Shown: one piece after another, positions 46,785 to 56,257 of the stretch
Position numbering within the stretch: position 1 is the first letter of the stretch
Layout: each line of letters opens with the position of its first letter
DNA from: Oopsacas minuta
Taxonomy: Eukaryota > Animalia > Porifera
Reading direction: 5' to 3'
Length of the DNA stretch: 64,000 nt
NCBI GenBank assembly: GCA_024704765.1
Contig: JAKMXF010000255.1
Span: 1-64,000, forward strand
Program-made: the position numbers and the translations under genes
The notes under the pieces: generated by a model
The model's input: the letters and a program-made list of their open reading frames with translations, nothing else
Database searches by the model: none
What the model was told of the DNA's origin: nothing

Positions 46785-48416
46785 CTATACAACTAACTCT
46801 GATTTCTCCAGCTGTTTAATAGGAGGTATGATATGCAGAAATCCTAACACATTTTTGACGATACCTCTGCTGAATGGATTCTTAAGGTGCCCTTGAGAGT
46901 CCATCATGAATTTATACTGCTTGTAGTGTAAATGTTCGTGTGTAGTTAACCCAGCACCGATTAGTAGCAGATTATAGAACAGTAGGAATGTCATTGGAAC
47001 GCCGAATAAAGCTTCTAAAAATCCGCTTATGAATATCATTATGTCACTTCCATGTAAGGCCATCATTTTCAGATACATATAGCCAGATAGCCAACCATTA
47101 ATATTAAGCAGAAGTAGGAAAGTAATGAAGGAAACTCTATTACGAAGTCCAACACAGTTATTTACCCAAGGACAATGGTGATCAAAATGGTTAATACATC
47201 TTTTACACAATCTGCAATGTCTAGCCCTAGGTGGTCTCACTAGTTTACAGGTATGACATAATGATAGCATTGGATTATGATAGTCATCTGCTTCTATGTT
47301 CTCTCTCGTGTGTGGTTCTGTCCGTAACTTCTGCATTACCAGCTCGTACTCTTCAGTATTACATGGGAGATAGCCCGGCTTCGTGTAAGCTGCTACGAGA
47401 TAGAATATCCACATTATAGCATTGGATACTATGAACCATGTATGCATGTGATACCAATTTTGGAATGTTGGAATGAATAGCTTGTAATAATAAAATGGAT
47501 AGCCCCAGAATAGCATAGCACACAGGAAAAATATAACTTGCCATCTTCCGCGAGTATTCGGGCCGTATATCAGAGACTGTAAGGATAGAGTAGGTCCTGA
47601 ACTCTCCCCATATAGCGCCATAGCTATATTATTGTACTTACGTTTGATAGCTAACATAACTGCAGTGTTCCCATTGAGATCTTTAATCTGAGGATCCAAG
47701 CCTTTATCCATAAATAGTTCTACTGTAGTAATGCTATTACTCATGACTGCCAGGTGAAGACAATTCTGTCCGCATTTATCCAGTAGATGTGGGTTTATGC
47801 CTATATTCATCAGATATTGTGCCGTCTCCATATGCCCGTTGTAAGCAGCCCAATGTAAAGCGGTATCCCCATCAGGATCAGTCATCATAATCTCAGCCCC
47901 GTTGGTAACAAGATACACACATATACCAGTTTGTCCGTATTGAGCAGCTGTCATTAATGGGGTGTAGCCCTTCCCACAGACCTCCTCTATGGATATTCCC
48001 TTACTTATTAGGTAGTTTGTGATAGGGAGAGATCCGTAGATTATTGCCCAATGGATCGGCTTCATACCAAGACCGTCACGAGTACACGCGTTTATCGGAG
48101 CTCCTGAATCAGTGAAGAACTTAAGCAGCTCTAAGTGACAACCCTGACAAGCTTTATGGACAGGAGAGTGACCCTTGATATTAAATTTATGCAATATATG
48201 CCTCCCCTTACGCTTTACCAGTTCCTCACATCTAGCCTTATAGCCATTACGGGCTGCATTGATAATGTCCTGCTTACCGATCTGCTTCTGCTCATCAGGG
48301 GGTAGGTCGGGGTGTTCCTCTCCAGAATCTGTCTCCTCAGATTGTGAGTCTGACTCAGAGCTTGTCACATTCTCTTCTACATATGTAATAGCTGATGTCT
48401 GTATTTCTTCTGCCAT
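46785..48416 (-). CDS. Ankyrin-repeat DHHC palmitoyltransferase (ZDHHC13/17, Akr1-like), intronless
   Basis: About 6 ankyrin repeats (SPVHKAC, KPIHWAI, TPLMTAA, TALHWAA, NCLHLAV), transmembrane helices, and an intact CHTCKLVRPPRARHCRLCKRCINHFDHHCPWVNNCVG motif. Confidence 0.92.
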   Translation of the reverse strand: MAEEIQTSAITYVEENVTSSESDSQSEETDSGEEHPDLPPDEQKQIGKQDIINAARNGYKARCEELVKRKGRHILHKFNIKGHSPVHKACQGCHLELLKFFTDSGAPINACTRDGLGMKPIHWAIIYGSLPITNYLISKGISIEEVCGKGYTPLMTAAQYGQTGICVYLVTNGAEIMMTDPDGDTALHWAAYNGHMETAQYLMNIGINPHLLDKCGQNCLHLAVMSNSITTVELFMDKGLDPQIKDLNGNTAVMLAIKRKYNNIAMALYGESSGPTLSLQSLIYGPNTRGRWQVIFFLCAMLFWGYPFYYYKLFIPTFQNWYHMHTWFIVSNAIMWIFYLVAAYTKPGYLPCNTEEYELVMQKLRTEPHTRENIEADDYHNPMLSLCHTCKLVRPPRARHCRLCKRCINHFDHHCPWVNNCVGLRNRVSFITFLLLLNINGWLSGYMYLKMMALHGSDIMIFISGFLEALFGVPMTFLLFYNLLLIGAGLTTHEHLHYKQYKFMMDSQGHLKNPFSRGIVKNVLGFLHIIPPIKQLEKSELVV

Positions 48417-48599
48417 GGATCGTAGCTAGATATTGGGAATACTTGTACCAACGAATAAGAAACAAATGTATTCAATAACCAACAGTAATTCAATAGAAAT
48501 AATGATATTATGACTTTAGCGGTAACAAAACATGGAAACAGAAGAGCATTATTATATTTCAGTAATACACAACACGTAGTTCATAACCATAAGAATGTA

Positions 48600-49829
48600 T
48601 TAGAAGCATTGCAGGACATGATTTGGGTTATCCGACACTACATAGAGTAAGCCTGTATGAGATACTGCTATGCCATTAGGTTTCTTGAATTTCCCTTCCT
48701 TCTCTCCTTTGCCCCCTAGCCTATACAAGATGTTACCCCACTGGTTGTAAACCCTTACCACATGATTGCCATCAGATATCAAAATGTTTTCAGCTCTGTC
48801 TAGACAGAAGAAGAAGGCATTCTTTATTTGCATATCAAAATCGAATTCTTTCTTTATGATCGATTTAATCAAGCTATCACCGTCATCAGTGAATATATGG
48901 ACACAGTATGACCCCCAGTCTAGCACAAATATCAAGGTTGGCGTCAGCTTAACATCATGTGGATATCTCAGTTTCGTATTTCCAAACTGTTTCAAGAAAG
49001 ACAACTCGCTACTGTAAATACATACCCTATTATTTTCACTATCAGCTATGTATAGTTGTGAAAACGAATCTGCAGCTAGACCTTGAGGGGAGCAGAAATC
49101 CCTCTCTCCAGATCCTTTCTTCCCGACCTTGTCTATCAATCTCAGTGTTTCTTTATCAAACTTAAATATCGAATGATGTTCTATGTCAGTAACGAACATA
49201 TTATTTTCCGTTACACACACACCGAATGGACTACTCAAAATACATTTCCCAAACTTAGCTACAAATTGTCCTTTATCATCGAATATCTGAATTCTGCCAT
49301 TATTACGATCTGCAACTAATATTTGGTTATTCACTTCATCTATAGCTAAGCCACGGGCTCCGTCGAATTGACCAGGAGATGATCCTCTCTTCCCAACAGC
49401 AAAGCGTGGGTTTGTCCGCAGAGAATATTCTGGAACATCTGACTTGATCAGCTGACCAAAATTAAATAGTTCCTTCTCTAAAGCTTCCAAATCTGGAGAA
49501 ATGAAATGGAAGAAAGGTACAGGTTCTGGAGTTGATAATCGTACCATTTTAAGCTTGAAAGATTTTAAAGTTTCATCCTGAACATCGCTCGTAAAATTTT
49601 CTCGTACGCGAACGCCACTTAACGCTTGCTCTAGATCCTCAATCTCAGTCAAGGATTTCTGACGAGCATTCTCCTTTCTTTTATATTCACACCTCGTTCT
49701 GTTAATAATCGCGATTAATCTCGATCTTCTGTTATTCAATATATGTATTAACCCATTGAAGAGGTGGTCAATAGAGTCTATTACCTGCTGGAAAGCGTCA
49801 CATTTCTCTGTAGTAGTATTTTCTGCCAT
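48600..49829 (-). CDS. Coiled-coil plus NHL-repeat protein (TRIM-NHL-like, no RING or B-box), intronless
   Basis: NHL repeats GKRGSSPGQFDGARGLAID..ILVADRNNGRIQIFD, SPQGLAAD..IADSENNRVCIYS and GKFKKPNGIAVS. Confidence 0.88.
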   Translation of the reverse strand: MAENTTTEKCDAFQQVIDSIDHLFNGLIHILNNRRSRLIAIINRTRCEYKRKENARQKSLTEIEDLEQALSGVRVRENFTSDVQDETLKSFKLKMVRLSTPEPVPFFHFISPDLEALEKELFNFGQLIKSDVPEYSLRTNPRFAVGKRGSSPGQFDGARGLAIDEVNNQILVADRNNGRIQIFDDKGQFVAKFGKCILSSPFGVCVTENNMFVTDIEHHSIFKFDKETLRLIDKVGKKGSGERDFCSPQGLAADSFSQLYIADSENNRVCIYSSELSFLKQFGNTKLRYPHDVKLTPTLIFVLDWGSYCVHIFTDDGDSLIKSIIKKEFDFDMQIKNAFFFCLDRAENILISDGNHVVRVYNQWGNILYRLGGKGEKEGKFKKPNGIAVSHTGLLYVVSDNPNHVLQCF

Positions 49830-50104
49830 AGTAACAGTAGAAGACGAATGGAATTTATCACAAATTATTATTCTTACTTATTTATGTAATTCGGTTGCGC
49901 ATATAACAATTAAATTAACAAAAATGCAATCAAATTAATTATCTAAGAATATTGATTAAAATCGTCAGTAAGAAGTGGTCAATCACACGAACATGACTCG
50001 ATTTCTAAGGAAGGCAGTAAGAAGATTAGTCAGTTGTAATCACAAAGTCGGAAGGAATTGCTACCAGTAATAGGATAGAATGTTGGTTGCACTTTGAGAT
50101 GTAA

Positions 50105-50848
50105 TTATGAAGAAATTGGATATAAATCCAAGTATTTGAGCTTAGTACAAATATTCAATATTTGTTGTCGTATTCGTACCATTCGTTCATTTACACTCAT
50201 ATCCTCATTCTCAGGATTTTGCGGGGAAAATATAGTCGATCTATTTATCCTAAGATTAGTGAGTAAGTACGGAGTATTTATTAAATTCCTATCAGTTAGT
50301 GGGTTGAGTCCAATTGAAAACTTTTGCAAATCAGGTATCATTTCTAGCAATCTCTTAACTTGTAGGAGGGAGTGTAGTTTGTTGTCTAACAGGCCTAAGT
50401 GTAAGAGATTAGGAAAACTCTCAGGGAGAGTAGAGAAGTTAATCGTACTTATTCTATTATTAGAAAGTATAAGTTTTTGAAGAGAATCCAATCCAGATAT
50501 ATTTTCAACAACTTCAATTCGGTTCGAAGATAAACTGAGTATTTGTAAATGAGGAATTTTATCCAAGTTTATTAGCTCACAAATGTTATTGTTATTCAAA
50601 TTAAGTTCGATTAAGTTTGGAGAGAATTCGAGCTTAGGAATTTCGCTAAGGCTATTACAGATGAGAGATAGAACGGTTAATTTGGAGAAAATAAGCGATA
50701 TGGGAGTAATGGAGGATATGAAGTTGAAACAAGCATGTATCTCTGTAACCAGCAGATGATCAAAGGGTACACATCCAGAATGAACAATTAATTCATCAAT
50801 AGAAACCCCATTTTGTAATTTCTTCTTATTAGCCGTAATAATATTCAT
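50105..50848 (-). CDS. SDS22-type leucine-rich repeat protein with an LRR cap
   Basis: Repeated LxxLxLxxNxI units (LIELNLNNNNI, LQILSLSSNRI, LQKLILSNNRI) and a C-terminal cap ILNICTKLKYLDLYPI. Confidence 0.8.
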   Translation of the reverse strand: MNIITANKKKLQNGVSIDELIVHSGCVPFDHLLVTEIHACFNFISSITPISLIFSKLTVLSLICNSLSEIPKLEFSPNLIELNLNNNNICELINLDKIPHLQILSLSSNRIEVVENISGLDSLQKLILSNNRISTINFSTLPESFPNLLHLGLLDNKLHSLLQVKRLLEMIPDLQKFSIGLNPLTDRNLINTPYLLTNLRINRSTIFSPQNPENEDMSVNERMVRIRQQILNICTKLKYLDLYPISS

Positions 50849-51283
50849 TAAATGAATATAATAGAATATAGCTGATCACAAATATTAACAATAGAAACGT
50901 GGGTATAATTAAAACTTGATTAGGATATCGGAGGTAACGAGCATTTTGTTTAGGAAATACGAAATTAGTTCAAAGCATGATAAAAATAATCACACACATA
51001 CATTTACCTGTGTAATTACTATCGTGCGGAACTGTGTCCACATCAGATGTATTAGTTTCCGTTAGATAATGTATGTTACATAACAACCGCGAACATGCAA
51101 ATACAATGTGTGATAGTATATGAAATGCTATGAAATAGTCCTTTAATACAGATATTATAAATATAATTGTTGTGTAGATAAACATCAGTAAACATACCAA
51201 CATATCTTGTAAACAAAATGTGTTAGAGATTTAAATCTGATAAAATAATCAATATTTACAAAAACCAATCGAAGAGAAGAGAT

Positions 51284-54200
51284 TCAATCATCTAAAAAAC
51301 AAAACAAAGTAGTCATTGTACAGTCAACTCCTGTTATATCGAAGCTCAAGGGACCGCGATAATTACTTCCATATAACCGATAGGACCATATTTGTATAAT
51401 TTCAGACTTTGATATAAGGGGGTAGTTCGAAATAATGGGAGTTGACCGTACATATGCTATGCTTAACAAAATGTGAAACACTTACCAACACACTGGTATT
51501 TCAAGTCTCTCCATTCTACATTATCCTGAAGCATAGAGAACATTCCTACCCTCCCTCCTTTCAAAGTACAGTCATATATTAGCCCAGAATCTGCTACAAT
51601 GTAGTAATAATCAAATACCGTTATACGAGCTGTACAGCTTGATGGATCATGATATATAGTAAAAGTGTATTTGTAATCTCTCTGCCATGCGTAATCCCAC
51701 CTATGAACTGGTCTCAGTACAGTTGTTACATCAGTTGTACTCTCAGGGTCCCAGAGAGCATCAGAGACAATTCCACTGTCATCAACTTCTGTGTTTATCA
51801 GCTGATAGAATACAAATATAATAGAGTACGTATTTCTACAAATTCAATCATCCATGGTTCACATATAACAATGAATAATTTCCTTACAAGATTACCTTAA
51901 CATGAAACCCATGAGGAGCAGCAATTCGCCTTGAGTTATCATAACTATCCAAATAACTCAACCTATTCTTCCACATAGCTAAGTAATACTTCCGTACACT
52001 CTGGAAGCTATACACAAATCCTATATAGTTGTTATTTCCACCACGCACTCTCACACTACCTCCGAAATTAACACAGTTGAAACGATGAGGGCCTACACAC
52101 ACAAATATATTAATACAGTAGACTCCGCCTAATAATATTATTATTATTAGTAACTTACTCAGTAAGATAGTAGCGCGACTAGCAGCACTCTGCGTAGCTG
52201 ATCTTCCCTGTAAAATAACCATTGATAAATCAATAAACTTTAAAGAGTAGTTATAAGATATATCTCACCAAAGTGTCTATATCCCAGACTGGAGTAGGTA
52301 TACTAGGATCCTCTGTATCAATAGTAGCAATGATAGGATTAGCATAAGGCTTGAAATGTGTCTTTCCAATATCCATATTATACGGACATGCATCTTCCTT
52401 GTCTGGTACTCCATCTCCATCTTGATCACCATAGCAGTCAGAAGGATTACCGCTATATACTATTAATGAGAATACATATGTAAATATTTACTAAGTAACT
52501 ATACGTCAGTCAATTCCAGTTATGTAGAACACGACATAGAAATATCCGCTTATATCGGAGTCTACAATTATACAAATATGCTCCCAAACAGTTAAAGTAA
52601 CATTTATTCCATCCGTTATATCCAAATAATTATCACGGTCCCTTGAGCATTGATATAACAGGAGTTTACTATACATAGAGTGTCTCAGATTGCCTTATGA
52701 TCATAGCCTTCCCATAATCACCTACATAATACAGCTCTGTGATAAAATGACAGAGCTGTAAATCTTTCTATAGCAGCACACTAATTAGTATGATACATCT
52801 AGATAGACAGTAAGATCAGGACTGCTCATACCTTTTACTAATCATCATTAACACCAGTATAAACTACAGTCAACTCTAGTTATATTGAAGCTCAAGGAAC
52901 CGCGATAATTACTGCGATATAAACTGAGTTCGATAGAACCGATGGAATATTTGTTACTTTGACGGTTTGGGAGCTATTCGTACAATTTCAGACTTAGATA
53001 TAAGCGGGCATTTCAATATATCCGTGTTTGATATAACAGGAGTTTACTGCATCAGTAACTAACTGTATGGATATACAGCAATACTGTATAGACTAGGACA
53101 AGCATCTATATAATCAGCTATTCCATCTCCATCTCTATCAGTAACGCAAGCATCTCCTATCCCATCAAAATCAGCATCAGCCTGATCAGCATTAGGACGA
53201 GTAAAGCAATTATCTACATTATCTCTTATCCCATCTCTGTCTCTATCTCCTTGATAGAATTCTTCATTCTGACATTCATCTCCTATTCCATCCAGATCTA
53301 CGTCTACCTACAATATATATATATATAACTTCAGATATCCATAGTTGTAACGCACCCTGTAGTACAGTGGTTTCCAACCCGTGGACCCCTCCCATAGACT
53401 GCAATACAAGTTTGAGATCCTGTAGACACCCTGCTGTCGTCCGTGGATCACCAAGGCCATGAACCCAAGGTTGGGTACACCTGCTGTATATTAACTAACC
53501 TGTAATGAATTTATAGTGTAAATACAATTATCACAGAAGTCTCCTATAAAGTCTCCGTCAGCATCTGTTTGGAAATAATTACTGAAGAAAGGACAATTGT
53601 CCAGGTTTTCCTCGTGAGAATCTCCGTCAGGATCAATATCACACACATTTCCTACTCCGTCCCTGTCAAGGTCTAGTTGGTCGGGGTTACTGATATCTAG
53701 ACAATTATCGCATTCATCACCTAGACCATCACCATCTGCATCAAGTTGAGATGGATTGTAATCAGTCAAGCAATTGTCCTATAATCCATAGTCCATAACA
53801 CCGTAGTAATACCAATTGAATAAGCATTGTAAGAGCCTGATTTTGTATTGTTCGTCTTATGCGGAAATTCGTATTAACGAGATTCCACTGTAATATACAG
53901 GATATAATTACTCACTATATCATCCTCAGCTCCATCATTGTCTAGATCTCTATCACACGCATCACCAACTCCATCATTATCAGCATCATTCTGACTAGGA
54001 TTATACACATATGGACAGTTATCCTATAAATTATATCAATTTTAACTCGCTATATAAATACTAAATACACTATTACCTGTCTACATGTCCTGCTGGTATC
54101 ACTACAGTAGGTCAAGTTACTGTTAGGAATTCTATCTCCGTCACTATCTTCCTGACACTCCTTTCCATTCCCAATATATCCTCTAAAGCACTATAACAAA

Positions 54201-55409
54201 ACATATGATACCGTGGATGCCGATTATAAGAATGTTCATATAACCGGCATTCACTGTACAAGTGCAAACCAAATACGCAAATACAATATAAAGTAACGAG
54301 ATTTACCTGTAATATAATAATAATAATAACATACTTGGCATCTGAATGCTGTAGCTCCTAAACTAATACAACTTCCTCCTAGTGTATCACAGTCGTGTAG
54401 ACCAGCTAAACACATATTTAACAGTGTACAGTCATCTCCTGGTATTACCGGTCTGTAGCCAGGTAAGCAACCTCCACAAGCAAAACTTCCCTAAAATTAA
54501 AATCAGAATTTGTTATGTACAGAACATATTACAGTGCAACATCCACAAACAAGAACGCAGGGTAGCATTTATCAGCACCACATTTGTGGATGTTACACAG
54601 CACTAATAATATCAAGTTGCTTACAATAGTATTGGTGCATATTCTGTTCATACCACAAGGTTCATCCTCTTGAGTGCATTCATCTACTTCTTCACATACC
54701 TAATGTATTATTCAGTAACTATGCATTCACAAGCTAAGGTAAATACAAATAATATATACCTGTTTATTGACAGCCTCGTCCTCACCAGATCCAATAACAG
54801 CATCCCCTATGTAACCCACAGGACATGGATCACACATGTAAGAACCGTGGAAATTCGTACAGGTGGTTAGATCCTTGACACATGGCTCAAACATACACTA
54901 TAAATACAGTAATAACCACACTAACCATGTTTATATTAATTGTATTATTACCTCATCAAGATCTTTACATTCAATACCGTTAGATCCAGGACCCCGTAGA
55001 CCAGGCTCACAATCAAATATATCTACCAAATAGGATAAAGTAGAAATGGCTAGCAACGTAAGTTTGGAATGGAATGTGACATAGAAATCAGAGAACTCAG
55101 AATCCCATTAATTACTATACAAATGATCTCATAATCTACATCATGTCTTCAACATACAAATGGAGAATACTCCACCAATTGGAAACCCATCAAATCGACA
55201 TTCTAAACAAATGAAATCGATATAATTTCCATATATTTTGAGTCATAAAATATTCGAATTGATGATTCCAAATTATAAAAATTCCCTGACAATCCATATG
55301 TTAGCTAGTTAATAAACTTACCTTGAGAATTAATATTAACTATACACTGTATTATTAATACAAAGCAAATAATAACTTTGGAAGAAGTATCACTATTGAT
55401 TCTAGCCAT
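51284..55409 (-). CDS. Thrombospondin-family protein (signal peptide, EGF repeats, type-3 repeats, TSP C-terminal L-lectin domain), multi-exon
   Basis: Exon 1 (55409-55322) encodes [32 protein letters not shown] exons include [23 protein letters not shown] and VCEEVDEC. Type-3 repeats include [24 protein letters not shown] and [18 protein letters not shown] motifs are [16 protein letters not shown] and [27 protein letters not shown]|DD*. Confidence 0.9.
51319..51450 (+). mobile_element. MITE family A in the last thrombospondin intron
   Basis: TACAGTCAACTCCTG...GGGAGTTGACCGTA termini, with an internal deletion. Confidence 0.85.
52505..52673 (-). mobile_element. MITE family A in a thrombospondin intron
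   Basis: Reverse copy that ends ccttgagcattgatataacaggagtttactata. Confidence 0.78.
52865..53051 (+). mobile_element. MITE family A in a thrombospondin intron
   Basis: TACAGTCAACTCTAG...CAGGAGTTTACTGCA; near full length. Confidence 0.85.
53365..53483. mobile_element. hAT-like MITE in a thrombospondin intron
   Basis: CAGTGGTTTCCAACC...GGTTGGGTACACCTG termini. The flanking 8-mers ctgtagta/ctgtatat match at 5 of 8 positions, so they may be a decayed target-site duplication. Confidence 0.6.
54209..54258. mobile_element. Short palindromic family-C MITE remnant
   Basis: taccgtggatgccgattataagaa..tataaccggcattcactgta. Confidence 0.5.
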
Positions 55410-56257
55410 ATCTAACTAGCATTGCAATCTATTGCTTGTATATCCAGTTTGTATAGGCTGCTGCATAGGGCATATTTGAATATGTTATGTGGTACAGTCT
55501 CCCACTGCCATAGACTGAATGGAGAAATAGTAATAGTAATGATGCGGTTATGAAATTAATAAGAGAACGCTATATAGACATTAATAACGCTTGGATTAAC
55601 AAGTTAAACCCTGAAAGATTCTATTGTTAGATGTCTTAGCTAGTCACGCAAAATATATTAATTGAATTTATGCGTGCAAATACAATTTTATGGCATCTTA
55701 TTAATATCAAATAAATTCACTGGTAATAACCCTGTACATACCGGCAAAAATGTATAAAAATGGATACCGGTACTCATATCGGAAATTCTAATTCGTGAAA
55801 ATGCTGAACTTTCTACAAAATGGTCACAATTCTAAAACTTGCATTTTGCCACATGCCATGAAAATATTTCTAGAAATGTGAATCAGCAACTTATCAATTT
55901 CTATAGAAACAATAAATATTAAGCAAATCTTACAAATCATATTCTTTAGTAATCACATACTACATCAGTGTAATTGTGGACTCTTTATTAGAAATATTAT
56001 TTTACATGCTGTCAACTTCGGCACAAGCGCTCCATAACTAAAAATGGCGTGAATACTAATCAAAGAATCAGAAACAGATCCTTAATTGGATATTTAAAAC
56101 ATGAATTAGAATAGCAATAATTATTATACGTAGGAATGGAAAGTTGCCAAAGTATATGTTCATGTGCACAATTTCAAAATTTATGTATCAATCCATCCAC
56201 CTGCAAGTGGCAGACAACACAATTAACAATACATGAGTTGTACACAATATAAAATCA

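Noticed and set aside
53060-54030. Regularly spaced short repeats (ccatc..tc..tc) as a possible CRISPR-like or satellite array
   Set aside because: They are the codons of thrombospondin type-3 Ca2+-binding repeats (DxDxDG..DxCD).
54770-54900. Apparent frameshift in a thrombospondin EGF exon
   Set aside because: Careful re-reading gives an open frame ([22 protein letters not shown]), so the gene is not a pseudogene at this point.
55440-55570. Signal-peptide-like short frame upstream of the thrombospondin (RSLINFITASLLLLFLHSVYG...)
   Set aside because: It has no in-frame ATG and ends at a stop before the true thrombospondin start at 55409.
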